NCBI GenBank assembly: GCA_002269645.1
Contig: NIVC01000500.1
Coordinates: 124,001-188,000 of the forward strand
DNA from: Macrostomum lignano
Taxonomy: Eukaryota
Direction of reading: 5' to 3'
DNA: 64,000 nucleotides
Part shown: piece by piece, positions 50,239 to 62,915 of the stretch
Numbering within the stretch: position 1 is the stretch's first letter
How the letters are laid out: each line of letters opens with the position of its first letter
The notes under the pieces: model-generated
The model's input: the letters and a program-made list of their open reading frames with translations, nothing else
What the model was told of the DNA's origin: nothing
Database searches by the model: none
Position numbers and translations under genes: made by a program

Positions 50239-52370
50239 ATGTCAACCCCTGTTGTACTTCGGGTGAAAAAGCGCAAATTGGCATCCCTGTCTGGTGGCGC
50301 CATTGCAGCAACGGCATCTGCAGCACAGCCTGACAATGCAGATGAAGAAGCTACCGTAGCAGCAGTTCGTCTGCTTCTGCAACAGCCTCCCAATGCTAAG
50401 CGAGCCAAGCTTAGTGAGCAGCAATCTGGCGGGCTGTTTGTCTACGCTGGCCGGGTGAGCAGCGCTGATGTCGATGCAGCCGAAGCCGCTGTCAGGCGAG
50501 CTATTGGCAAACGGAAGCTGGGCACAGAGGCTGACCGACTGCGTCGGCGATTGGGCGAGCGACCGTCCGAGGGTGAAGGTCGATTGGTTTATAAACGGCG
50601 GAAGCGCGCTCAGCCAACGGAGGTAAGTCGGGATCAGCTGTGTGCTAGAATGGTGTCTGTTTTTTTATTAAGCTCTCAGGGTCTCCTGTGGGGTCTTCGA
50701 ACTTTGCCAACCGGAGATTTACAGTAGAGGTGGCTGGCAACTTTCTCGGCTGTGGCAACCTTCTCGGCTGTGGCAACCTTCTCGGCTGTATCAACACTCT
50801 CGGCTAGCAAAGTTCTGTGGGTGAATGTCTGCGCTAAACGCCATAAAATTTATACATGCACTTTTCAGGTGGTTGTTGCCAAGGCACTAAAAACAGTCGA
50901 CCGTGTCGCTACTACTCAGCTGGGGACTGCCGCTGCTGCTGCTACTGATGATACTACTGACAAAAGTAGTAGCCAGCAGTTTCGCATAGTCGATTTTGAA
51001 TTAGCCGGGTCGCGTAGGCGGGCCCTCATGAGCCGGCAGAAAGATTCGGAACAGATCGCGTGTAACGGCGTTGCCATGACAACTAAAAAATCTGCCGACA
51101 AAACTGATGAAGCTGCGGTTAGCCAAGATGAAGGCGACGAGAACTGTAAAGATTCCAATAGAGATGAAGTTGATTCAGAGAGCGATGGAGACGTTTACTA
51201 TGACCTGTACTATGGATACAGCGACGCTTGCATTGGTGTGTTTCACTCTGCTGCTAAGCTTTTAATAAATAAGCCACATTGGACCTTACTATCTCTACTA
51301 GCTGGGCTGACCTCTCAGATCCTCAGTTGCTGGGCCATGCAGCCTCCCAGATCCTCAGTTGCTGGGCCAGCCTCCCAGATCCTCAGTTGCTGGGCCTGCC
51401 TCCCAGATCCTCAGTTGCTGGGCCAGCCTCCCACATCCTCGGTTGCAGGGCCAGCCTCCCAGATCCCCAGTTGCTGGGCCTGCCTCCCAGATCCTCAGTT
51501 GCTGGGCCAGCCTCCCAGATCCTCAGTTGCTGGGCCAGCCTCCCAGAGTGTCAGTTGCTGGGCCAGCCTCCCAGATCCTCAGTTGCTGGGCCAGCCTGCC
51601 AGAGTGTCAGTTACTGGGCCAGCCTCCCCGAGTGTCAGTTGCTGGGCCAGCCTCCCAGATCCTCAGTTGCTGGGCCAGCCTCCCAGATCCTCAGTTGCTG
51701 GGCAAGCCTCCCAGATCCTCAGTTGCTGGGCCAGCCTCCCCGAGTGTCAGTTGCTGGGCCAGCCTCTCAGACCTTTCCAGCAGCGAAGCCGCCCAATCCA
51801 GATGCCAGCTTGCACTGCATCAGTTCAGTTTAGCATTCCCTGTCAACCGCCCCACCCGCAGCCCGCGGCCCGCTGCCCGTGCCCGGCAGCGAGAGCCAGC
51901 AGGAGCACCAGCAGATGCAGTTCCTGCTTCAGGCCTACGAAGAGGCCTACAGCTACGCAGACGACTCGGATGCTGTCGGCAGCAGCGGCGGTGGCTGTTT
52001 CACCGTTATCGATGGCAATAGCGACGATTCAGATTCGAATAGCGAGTCCAATTGGCGCAACGAATATCCGGACACACCGTCCGAGGACGAGTCGGCCAAT
52101 GGCTGCTCGGCGGATAGCGAGGACGAGGACGACGATTATGTCGACGATGTCGATCCGTACGACGACGACGGTGTCGGTGGCGACGTCGGTCGACTGGCTG
52201 GCCGACTTGGCCGAGTCCGATTCGTTCAGCAACAATTGGAGCCGTCGGATAGCGAAGAAGACGACCGAGACCTGGCCGATTGGCGCCAATTTAAACAGCA
52301 GTTATTGAATAGCGGCGACGATGGGCCTTCGAGTTTGGCCGCTGTTGGCGCTTCGCAGGAACAGCCGTAG
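50239..52370 (+). CDS. SLC7A6OS: SLC7A6OS/Iwr1 RNA polymerase II nuclear import factor (3 exons, ~419 aa)
   Basis: Exons 50239-50622, 50869-51235 and 51862-52370 are phase-consistent. Motifs: N-terminal VVLRVKKRK, central DVYYDLYY, and C-terminal DSDSNSESNWRNEYPD with an acidic tail (Iwr1 domain). Confidence 0.85.
50735..50810. repeat. 18-bp tandem repeat (GGCAACCTTCTCGGCTGT) in SLC7A6OS intron 1
   Basis: About 4 units. Confidence 0.85.
51300..51775. repeat. 28-bp minisatellite in SLC7A6OS intron 2
   Basis: About 16 units of GCTGGGCCAGCCTCCCAGATCCTCAGTT and a ...AGAGTGTCAGTT variant. Confidence 0.93.
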
Positions 52371-52589
52371 CCCAGTTGTGCCATTCACCGACATGTTTAT
52401 TAACTATAATAGAGCATTGTGTACTCTTTATTTATTATAGCCTCTCTGGCTATTATTGAGGTCGAATCATTGTGAATCGTTCTGTTCGATATACCGTTTT
52501 TAAACAAGTTTTTAACCAAGAATGCATTTCTGTCTGCTTATATTTTATTTCGTGTTTGTTGCTTTTTTTCTTTCCTATTGAATTAGTAG

Positions 52590-52968
52590 GTAGTTGTTGC
52601 TACACCCAACTGTTCTTCAGATTGCTGCTACACCCTCCCTGACTGTCCTTCAGATTGCTGCTACACCCTCCCTGACTGTCCTTCAGATTGCTGCTACACC
52701 CTCCCTGACTGTCCTTCAGATTGCTGCTACACCCTCCCTGACTGTTCTTCAGATTGCTGCTACACCCTCCCTGACTGTTCTTCAGATTGCTGCTACACCC
52801 TCCCTGACTGTCCTTCAGATTGCTGCTACACCCTCCCTGACTGTCCTTCAGATTGCTGCTACACCCTCCCTGACTGTCCTTCAGATTGCTGCTACACCCT
52901 CCCTGACTGTCCTTCAGATGGCTGCTACACCCTCCCTGACAGTCCTTCAGATTGCTGCTACACCCTTC
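52590..52968. repeat. 33-bp minisatellite (ACTGTCCTTCAGATTGCTGCTACACCCTCCCTG)
   Basis: About 11 nearly identical units between SLC7A6OS and LAMTOR4. Confidence 0.95.
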
Positions 52969-53092
52969 AGTTTTACCAGATCATTGCTTTCTTCAGTAAG
53001 GCTAAATTAAAAACACTGAACTGAAAACCTACCAATTTAACTAAACTTTCCAGCCTTACTAATTGCACTGGATACAATCAGCTAGTCAGCAA

Positions 53093-53374
53093 ATGACCAA
53101 TCAATCAGTTTTCGATCGGGTGCCAAACTGTGTCGGCGCGCTAATCTGCGGCCCAGACGGCAACGTGCTGCAAAGCCAGGGCCAATTGAACAACCGGGAG
53201 GACCTGGCCAAACTGGTGCTGGGCCTGCTGTACCGCGCCGAGTACCTTCTGCAGCAGAGCGGCAACTCCGGCTGCTTTCAATCCGTTACTGTCCACTGCG
53301 ATGACGGGTTCCATTACGTCATCACCTGTCAGAATGATAAGATCTATGTTGTGAAGAAGAGTAATAGCGCCTGA
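53093..53374 (+). CDS. LAMTOR4: Ragulator complex subunit LAMTOR4 (93 aa, intronless CDS)
   Basis: MTNQSVFDRVPNCVGALICGPDGNVLQSQGQLNNREDLA...FQSVTV...YVITCQNDKIYVVKK matches the LAMTOR4 roadblock pattern (lerIP..lGyL....G.Vl.SsGdL.N....Fkr.sV.....vT......VVKr). Confidence 0.85.
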   Translation: MTNQSVFDRVPNCVGALICGPDGNVLQSQGQLNNREDLAKLVLGLLYRAEYLLQQSGNSGCFQSVTVHCDDGFHYVITCQNDKIYVVKKSNSA

Positions 53375-55399
53375 ATGCCTTTTCAAGTCAACAAACATTC
53401 TGAGAGAATAAAATTTATTGTTAATAATCATCAGTCTCACAGACCGAAAATGAGATTTACGAGAGTAAGTTCGGGTGCAGCAGTAAATATTAATTAACTG
53501 GTTTCTATACGCCTCTATGAGTACGTGTAGAGTTTTGTTAAAACTTTACATTTTTAAATGTCTATTCCGGCTTTACTTCTTTTGATGAAGAGGTTCGTCG
53601 TTATTCTATTGTCAAGCGAATTTTGCATTAAAATATTATCGATCTTTACTAGATCATGCGCTTCTTTTAAACCTGTGCCATATAATCTAACAGAGCATCA
53701 TATATCACAGTAATTCTATTGCCTATCCCGTGATTGTTTAAGTTTTGATTAATAATTCATAAATATTAAATTTATGTATTTAGTAAGTCATGCAGTATTT
53801 TAAAATAATTTAAAATTTTTCAAATTCGTAATAGCTAGTATTTTGTGATTGTTGTACATAAAATATATCATGCGAGAAGGCCTAGTTTCTGCCAATCAAC
53901 TGAGACAACGCACTAACAAAATTTCATAGTGCAATGCAATTTTAAAACTTTTGGTTTATAATTTTCCTATTTGCCAATTACTCGTATTTATAAAATTACT
54001 CAGTTACTTTGCGTTTGCACTCAAGGACGACTTAAGTAGAAGGACGGAAAACCTCGTTTCCGTGAGCCGTGCCACTGTAAATGGTGCAAATGTGCAAATG
54101 TACGTAGAATAATTAATTAACTGGCTAATTCTCCTAATTCTTTGAACAAAAAGCTTTATGAGTATGAGAGGGTACCATAGAGCAATAAGAAAGGCCAAAC
54201 ATATCAAAAGATGAACACTGGATCTGCCTCCTATCAAAAGCAATAACATTTTTTATGCTGAAAAAATAAAAGCTTCCTATCTCCGTAGTGTACTTTTTCG
54301 GAAAAACCTGCTTTCAAAAATTTTCCTAGAAACGAGGTGTCCCGTCCTACTTAAGTCGTCCTTGTTTGCTCTATGAACTGTTATTCGATTTACCGGGGCG
54401 CTGACTTTAGGTTGGGAGAAAGTTAAGAAGATAGATATGCTACTATTGGTATGCGTATTCAACTTAATTTCTTCGATTGTCTTAAAAAGTCAGACTGAAA
54501 TAAGGTTTCTGCTAGATTAACCTTAATTCCAATACGAATAACAAAGTCAAATATACCCCATGTAGACCAACAGTTGCATAGCATAACTGAGCGAAAATAG
54601 AAAAAAATCGAAAGGTGGCATTAGTTTACTAAATGTATGTTCCTTCACGAATATTCGAAAACTAAAACAACTGGTCTATTTTATTTTTACTGAAGAAAGC
54701 TAAAATTTAATGATATTACTAACTAAGTATTTGTTTTAAATTTAAAAGCGCACTCACTATTTTGCATCGTTTTCCTAGAAGGACATAGAATCTAGACATT
54801 AGTAGTCGCTAAAATAGTGAATGATGTCAAATTCTGGTCCGATAACAGTAAACGAAGAGTGACTCTTTAGTAGGGAAAGCCTAACCTTACAATAGTCATT
54901 ACAACTTTTTCAATTTTGTTTTTTTTACGATGCTGGAGTGCCAGTGTTTATTATTCACAAAAGTTGTTGGAATAAGTATGTTAAGTAAGGCAGGCATAGC
55001 CCTGCCCTAGCTTACTATTTTATGCTTTTTGCTTATGCTTTTTGCTTTGCTATTTTGCTATATGCTTATGCTTTTAGGCAGACGAAAAGGCAGCAGACAA
55101 AATGACCATGCACCAAAAGAAACATAGTTTACATGATTATTAAACTATCACATATTTATTTATTAATAACATGGTGTGTTGTAGACATCACCTGATAATC
55201 AAATATCAAAACATTCACTTGAAATCTAATCTATATTTTATTAATAAATATAATTATATATCATTTTTGTGTTTAAATATTTGACAAAACTATATTACAT
55301 TTGGTTAGGAATTTTTAGTATATAGGATCTATCAAATGTTTTATTAAGTTCAAGCAAGTAAATTTTGCCATTATCTCTAATATTTCAAATTAGAGATAT

Positions 55400-56890
55400 A
55401 GAGGGGGTGCTAGCTATAGTGGGGTGCCAGCTACAGTGGGGTGCCAATTACAGAGGGGGTGCCAGCTACAGAGGGGGTGCCAGCTACAGAGGAGCCACTA
55501 GCTGTAGAGAAGGCGCCAGCTACAGGGGGGCGCCAGCTACAGATTGGGGCACCAGCTACAGGGGAGGGGGCGCCAGCTGCAGATTGGGGCACCAGCTACA
55601 GGGGGGGCGCCAGCTACAGATTGGGGCACTAGCTACAGGGGGGCGCCTGCTACAGATTGGGGCGCCAGCTACAAATTGGGGCACCAGCTACAGATTGGGG
55701 CACCAGCTACAGATTGGGGCACCAGCTACAGGGGGGCGCCAGCTACAGATTGGGGCACCAGCTACAGATTGGGGCACCAGCTACAAATTGGGGCACCAGC
55801 TAAAAATTGGGGCACCAGCTACAGATTGAGGCACCAGCTACAGGGGGGGGGGGCGCCAGCTACAAATTGGGGCGCCAGCTACAGATTGGGGCACCAGCTA
55901 CAAATTGGGGCACCAGCTACAAATTGGGGCACCAGCTACAAATTGGGGCACCAGCTACAAATTGGGGCGCCAGCTACAGATTGGGGCACCAGCTACAAAT
56001 TGGGGCACCAGCTACAGATTGGGGCACCAGCTACAAATTGGGGCACCAGCTACAAATTGGGGCACCAGCTACAGATTGGGGCACCAGCTACAGATTGGGG
56101 CACCAGCTACAGATTGGGGCACCAGCTACAGATTGGGGCACCAGCTACAGGGGGGGGGGGCGCCAGCTACAGATTGGGGCACCAGCTACAGGGGAGCGCC
56201 AGCTACAGATTGGGGCACCAGCTACAGGGGGGGGCGCCAGCTACAGATTGGGGCACCAGCTACAGATTGGGGCACCAGCTACAGGGGGGGGGGCGCCAGC
56301 TACAGGTTGGGGCACCAGCTACAGATTGGGGCACCAGCTACAGATAGGGGCACCAGCTACAGATTGGGGCACCAGCTACAGGTTGGGGCACCAGCTACAG
56401 ATTGGGGCACTAGCTACAGGGGGGGGGGCGCCAGCTACAGGTTGGGGCACCAGCTACAGATTGGGGCACCAGCTACAGATTGGGGCACCAGCTACAGATT
56501 GGGGCACCAGCTACAGGTTGGGGCACCAGCTACAGATTGGGGCACCAGCTACAGATTGGGGCACCAGCTACAGATTGGGGCACCAGCTACAGGTTGGGGC
56601 ACCAGCTACAGATTGGGGCACCAGCTACAGGTTGGGGCACCAGCTACAGGTTGGGGCACCAGCTACAGATTGGGGCACCAGCTACAGATTGGGGCACCAG
56701 CTACAGATTGGGGCACCAGCTACAGGTTGGGGCACCAGCTACAGATTGGGGCACCAGCTACAGGTTGGGGCACCAGCTACAGGTTGGGGCACCAGCCACA
56801 GATTGGGGCACCAGCTTCAGGGGGGGGGCACCAGCTACAGATTGGGGCACCACCTACTACAGAGGGGGAGCCAGCTACAGAGGAACCACT
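55400..56890. repeat. 18-bp G-rich minisatellite (GCTACAGATTGGGGCACCA-like), ~1.5 kb
   Basis: Roughly 80 tandem units; all three + frames stay open over long stretches because of the repeat. Confidence 0.96.
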
Positions 56891-57724
56891 AGCTGCTGGA
56901 AGCTGACTGCAAGAAGCTGACTAAACTTGCTGGAGACTATCTTTAAGAAGATATTTACGAGCGTAAGAAGGAAAGTCGATCCCATTTACAAAATGCGTAC
57001 ATGACTGGCAATTCTAGTGCGTACCAGTTACTTTGGGAAATTTCCCCACTCTTGTACACGCAGAAATCTGCTTTCAATTCAACTTCTTCAGCTGAACTGA
57101 ACTCACACAACTCACCCGCCTCATGTCGGCCCCTCTGCTGCCTGCTCACTTGCTAGTTTCTATGCTCGGTAACTATACAGGCAGTTTGATATTAATGCCC
57201 TGCTGAAGTGGAGGGGTGGGGGAAGAGCTTAGAAACAACAATAAGCAATTGGGGAACAGATATAGCTCTCTCTCTCTCTTTCTGTGTCTGCTGGCTACCA
57301 GCTATAGTGTAGACAGTGTTGGACATTTCTTTATTTTTTGAGCAGCTAATCGATATACGAACGAAACTAAATGTCCAGGCTCTATATAGACTGTCGTCGA
57401 AAGAGTGTTAGTTTATAACGCAAAGTCGACGGAAGAAAGCTCTATCTAGAAATCATTTTGTGCACGCTTAAGCTATTTCTGGAATCTTCTATCTGAATAA
57501 TTAATTCGCTTTTTCGATGTCAACGCTGTGGCTGCTGTTTGACGATGAAGGAGGCAGTACTCAGTTGGTGTACAAGAAGGGCCCGACTCAGGGCTGCGCT
57601 ATGCTGCAATGCGCGAGGTTTGTGCACTAATCTTTCACTGGCGTGTTGGTTTTGTTTCTGGTTTGGTCAATAATATCAATGAGTTGCTTTGGCTCATGTC
57701 TCTGATGTTTCAGCTCTTCCTGAT

Positions 57725-58690
57725 CTCTCCTCACTGCCACTCTCTGATCCCCTCACTGCCACTCTCTCTGATCCCCTCACTGCCACTCTCTCTGATCCCC
57801 TCACTGCCACTCTCTGATCCCCTCACTGCCACTCTCTGATCCCCTCACTGCCACTCTCTCTGATCCCCTCACTGCCACTCTCTGATCCCCTCACTGCCAC
57901 TCTCTCTGATCCCTTCACTGCCACTCTCTGATCCCCTCACTGCCACTCTCTCTGATCCCTTCACTGCAACTCTCTGATCCTCTCACTGTCACTCTCTCTG
58001 ATCCCTTCACTGTCACTCTCTGATCCCTTCACTGTCACTCTCTCTGATCCTCTCACTGTCACTCTCTCTGATCCCTTCACTGTCACTCTCTGATCCCTTC
58101 ACTGTCACTCTCTGATCCCCTCACTGCCACTCTCTGATCCCCTCACTGTCACTCTCTCTGATCCCTTCACTGCCACTCTCTCTGATCCCCTCACTGCCAC
58201 TCTCTGATCCCCTCACTGCCACTCTCTCTGATCCCTTCACTGCCACTCTCTGATCCCTTCACTGCCACTCTCTGATCCCTTCACTGTCACTCTCTCTGAT
58301 CCTCTCACTGTCACTCTCTCTGATCCCTTCACTGTCACTCTCTGATCCCTTCACTGTCACTCTCTGATCCCCTCACTGCCACTCTCTGATCCCCTCACTG
58401 TCACTCTCTCTGATCCCCTCACTGCCACTCTCTCTGATCCCCTCACTGCCACTCTCTGATTCCCTCACTGCCACTCTCTGATCCCCTCACTGCCACTCTC
58501 TCTGATCCCCTCACTGCCACTCTCTGATCCCCTCACTGCCACTCTCTCTGATCCCCTCACTGTCACTCTCTCTGATCCCCTCACTGCCACTCTCTGATCC
58601 CCTCACTGTCACTCTCTCTGATCCCCTCACTGTCACTCTCTGATCCCTTCACTGTCACTCTCTGATCCCTTCACTGCCACTGATCTCTTA
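57725..58690. repeat. 22/24-bp minisatellite (CTGATCCCCTCACTGCCACTCT[CT])
   Basis: About 40 units. Confidence 0.95.
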
Positions 58691-59340
58691 CTGTCACTCT
58701 TTCAAATTGTCAGAATCATGACCCTGGACTATTAGACAATCTCAATTGTTTCCCAGACACAATTGTTACTCGTCGAGTCGAAGTCAATATTCAATCTATC
58801 TTACAAGCATATTCTCAGTACCAACGCAAATTAAAACCGGAATTTTTCTGTATTTTATGATCTTGCTGTCAATTTATAATATGCTGTAGTTTGTGTGTGT
58901 TGGAATGTATTTCATTCTAAAGTCTAAGCTAATGGTCGCTCAATAGCTATAAGCTACAATTCAGACTTTCCCGCTCTTTGCTGACTTCACTGGCAGACTT
59001 ATAGCAACTGCACATTTGTTTGCTGTGTGTGTTTTTGTTATCAGAAAACTTTGCTCCGATTTCCAACTCCAAGACAGGTTTTTAAACACTGGGTCGTGTG
59101 TTTGTTTACTATGTGTATAGTAATGCCATAAGAGTTTTGCTTCATATAGCTCTGCTGCCTGTTATTCGATGCCCCCTCAGCGTGAGAAGAAAAAAAATTC
59201 GCCTTTTGCAAGACTGCTTGTCTTTATTAGTCGCTTGTGTAGTTAATAATTTCCCACGGATTAGTGGCTGTAATTAATACTTATAAATGAATGCGTGCGT
59301 GGTGTTATTGAGACTGTGGGAAATTTAGATGCTTGTAAAG

Positions 59341-59610
59341 CAGAGGTTGGCAAACTCCGGCCCGCGAAGACTCTCTATCCGACTCTCAGGTCCTTTGAAA
59401 CAACAGCAATCCGGTCCTCTTAGTTTGAGTCTCTTTTTTCTCTCCTCTCCTCCCCCTTCTCTCATCTCTTCTCTCCTATCTCATCTTCCCTCTACCCTCG
59501 TCTCCCTTTTCTCTTCTATATTCCTTCTCTCTCTCTCTTCTCATCTGGCTCGCAGTAATGCGCTAGGTTCTCTACGTGACCTTTGAGGTAAAGAAGTTGG
59601 GCGACCCCTG
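59341..59610. mobile_element. Degenerate hAT-type MITE
   Basis: Ends CAGAGGTTGGCAAACTCCGGCCCG and AGTTGGGCGACCCCTG form an imperfect TIR; no TSD is retained. Confidence 0.5.
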
Positions 59611-59704
59611 TTTCTTATTCAAAAATATATCGTTTTATGGGTCTTGTTTAGTTTTCAATTTGCTTTCAATTTGATAATTTGGTCCCAGTTGAACTCACAG
59701 AAAC

Positions 59705-60142
59705 TAAAATAACTAGATAGGCCATTCAGCCATATATATACTTAGTGAAACAGCTTTCTACTTTCAGTTCAGTAGCAATGATGAATACATAAGCTATTTT
59801 ATAAAAAAAGCAGCTGAAATGAATTTAATAAGTTTAGAAGCCCACCCAAGCTTGCAGGCGTAAACAACTTGCTAATTGGCAATAATGTACATTGGCCAGT
59901 CCACTGAAATGTACAATACATGGCCGCTTTAGGCTGGAATTCCGAGAAAGTAAAAAATTGGGGCGGGGGGAGGGGGGGATAGTGTGGAAATGGAAAGGCG
60001 CGGTTGGAGGTTTAAGTGGGGTTAAGAGCCAATAAATGAGCCTTGGCTTCAAAAATACGTTAAAATGCTTCCGTTTAACTTGCTACTGAACTGAAAGTAG
60101 CTTACACGCAAATGTACTGAATGGCCCATCTGGTTATTCTAG
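59705..60142. mobile_element. MITE-like inverted-repeat element
   Basis: CTACTTTCAGTTCAGTAGCAA (59758-59778) is exactly inverted at 60080-60100. GGCCATTCAG (from ~59720) is inverted at 60117-60126, and looser similarity extends outward. Confidence 0.65.
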
Positions 60143-60393
60143 GTTGAGGTGTACAAAACTCTATTTTCCATTTAAGGAGAAAACTCCTTGGAATATTAAG
60201 GTTTTCTCATTTAAATTACTGTCAGTTAATAATTTTACGATACATATCGGCTCCGGTAAAAAATAGAGCCCCTTTGTACTAACGATAATATTATGTAAGT
60301 CCAGAATATTCTCGCTCTAGCATATCCGATAATCTGCTAATAAAAGTACAATCAACCGATAATTGCAGCGAAGATCGTCGCCAAGGAGTTGAA

Positions 60394-62915
60394 ATGCTGG
60401 CCCAGCAGGCAATTAACGTGCATTCAACATCGCAGATGACTGACAATTTGAGTCGGCACGAGATACTCAATTGGATTAACGACTGCTTGCAGATTAACTT
60501 GGCCAAGATTGAAGAGTTAGCTTCGGGCGCCGTGTACTGTCAGCTTATGGATGTACTTTTTCCAGGTGAGTGTCCTGACTGATAGCTGGGACTGAAAGTG
60601 ACTGAGAATCAGGATAGCTGTGACTGAAAGTGGCTGAGAATCAGGATAGCTGTGACTGAAAGTGACTGAGAATCAGGATAGCTGTGACTGAAAGTGACTG
60701 AGAATCAGGATAGCTGTGACTGAAAGTGACTGAGAATCAGGATAGCTGTGACTGAAAGTGACTGAGAATCAGGATAGCTGTGACTGAAAGTGACTGAGAA
60801 TCAGGATAGCTGTGACTGAAAGTGACTGAGAATGAGGATAGCTGTGACTGAAAGTGACTGAGAATCAGGATAGCTGTGACTGAAAGTGACTGAGGTTCAT
60901 GGCAGCTGTGACTGAAAGTGACTGAGGGTCATGACTGAAAGTGACTGAGGTTCATGACTGAAAGTGACTGAGGTTCATGACTGAAAGTGACTGAGGTTCA
61001 TGACTGAAAGTGACTGAGGTTCATGACTGAAAGTGACTGAGGTTCATGACTGAAAGTGACTGAGGTTCATGACTGAAAGTGACTGAGGTTCATGACTGAA
61101 AGTGACTGAGGTTCATGACTGAAAGTGACTGAGGGTGACAGACATGATAGCTGTGACTGAAAGGGACTGAGGGTCATGAAAGCTGTGACTGAGAGTCGTG
61201 TAACTGAGAGTTGAAACTGAAAATTTACTGCACTCTGTCTTCAGCTGATGACTATATTTGTAGTGCAAGTTTTGGCCCTGTTTAAAAAACAGATTTTAAT
61301 TTTGCTTGTTCGCTTTGTAAAACGTATTTATTTATTTCTATTACCTGCAGTTTCTTGTGTTGTGGAAATATTAAAATGTGCCATCGTAAAAAGGTATTTT
61401 TTGAAAATTGAAGGTAAACTCTTCTTTTTAAATTGACTAATGTTAAAAGTGTGTTTTATTCCTTCTCTGACTTCTTTAAGCTGTGACTCTGTGTACATGT
61501 GTTACTGTTTAACCCATTAAATAGCATTGAGTAGAATTTTCTTTTTTCTTTTATCATTCTATTGCGTTTAGTGAGCTTCAGGTTCCATCTGAATCTTTCA
61601 TCTCTTCAGGCAATGATTTTCAGGGTCTTATCTGAATATTTCATCTTTTCAGGCGGTGAGCTTCAGGGTCTGTCTGAATCTTTCATCCCTTCAGGCAATG
61701 AGCTTCAGGGTCTTATCTGAATCTTTCATCCCTTCAGGCAATGAGATTCAGGATCTATCTAAATCTTTCATCTCTTCAGGCAGTGAGCTTCAGGGTCTTA
61801 TCTGAATCTTTCATCCCTTCAGGCAATGAGCTTCAGGGTCTTATCTGAATTTTTCATCCCTTCAGGCAATGAGCTTCAGGGTCTTATCTGAACTTTTCAT
61901 CCCTTCAGGCAATGAGCTTCAGGGTCTTATCTGAATCTTTCATCCCTTCAGGCAGTGAGCTTCAGGGTCTATCTGAATCTTTCATCTCTTCAGGCAGTGA
62001 GCTTCAGGGTCTATCTGAATCTTTCATCTCTTCAGGCAGTGAGCTTCAGGGTCTATCTGAATCTTTCATCTCTTCAGGCAGTGAGCTTCAGGGTCTATCT
62101 GAATCTTTCATCCCTTCAGGCAATGAGCTTCAGGGTCTTATCTGAATTTTTCATCCCTTCAGGCAATGAGCTTCAGGGTCTTATCTGAATATTTCATCCC
62201 TTCAGGCAGTGAGCTTCAGGGTCTATCTGAATCTTTCATCCCTTCAGGCAGTGAGCTTCAGGGTCTATCTGAATCTTTCATCTCTTCAGGCAGTGAGCTT
62301 CAGGGTCTTATCTGAATCTTTCATCTCTTCAGGCAGTGAGCTTCAGGGTCTATCTGAATCTTTCATCTCTTCAGGCAGTGAGCTTCAGGGTCTATCTGAA
62401 TCTTTCATCTCTTCAGGCAGTGAGCTTCAGGGTCTATCTGAATTTTTCATCTCTTCAGGCAGTGAGTTTCAGGTTCTATCTGAATCGTACCACTGGTTAT
62501 AAAGTAACTATTGAACTGATATAACTTAATTAGCTTACTTATTAACCTCTCTTAGCGAACTTGGTTTTATTAACTATCGATAACTGTGTGTCTCGCAGCC
62601 AATATGCAGGCTCTAATAGTCTGATTGTTCTTATTGTATTGTCAGTGTCCGTTTTAATTTCACATCATAAAAAATCCTGTTCGTTTTTTTCTATAGAATT
62701 TTTGTTATAAGTGTCCCTTGCTTGCTACTTAGTAGTAGCAACAATGAGTAGTAGTCAGATGTTTGAATTGTGCCTAATCTTGTACTGATTTTTTTCACTA
62801 AACTACAGGCACCCTGAACATGAAGCGAGTGAAATTCAACACTAATTTGGAGCACGAGTACATTAGCAACTTCAAAGTGTTGCAGGCCCTATTTAGAAAG
62901 CACGGAGTCGACAAG
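60394..62915 (+). CDS. MAPRE: Microtubule plus-end tracking protein EB1/RP family, 5' exons (continues beyond the window)
   Basis: Exon 60394-60565: [28 protein letters not shown]...[21 protein letters not shown]. Exon 62809-62915: [35 protein letters not shown]. This is the canonical EB1 calponin-homology domain; GT-AG phases are consistent. Confidence 0.95.
60580..61200. repeat. Compound 32-bp and 23-bp minisatellite at the start of the EB1 intron
   Basis: AGTGACTGAGAATCAGGATAGCTGTGACTGAA x~9, then AAAGTGACTGAGGTTCATGACTG x~9. Confidence 0.95.
61575..62485. repeat. 42/43-bp minisatellite (GAGCTTCAGGGTCTATCTGAATCTTTCATCTCTTCAGGCAGT)
   Basis: About 21 units in the same EB1 intron. Confidence 0.95.

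Noticed and set aside
50752-52308. 518-aa ORF as one protein
   Set aside because: It is read-through of SLC7A6OS exon 2 into a stop-free intronic repeat and then the wrong frame of exon 3.
54970-55100. GCTTTT/GCTAT low-complexity patches (also near 33180, 33750, 36520, 62950) as a SINE family
   Set aside because: Similarity is limited to low-complexity motifs; no shared head, tail or TSD could be established by eye.
55365-56920. ORFs of 150-361 aa (GHQLQIGAPATDWGTSYRL repeats)
   Set aside because: These are translations of an 18-bp minisatellite, open in all three frames, with no unique domain.
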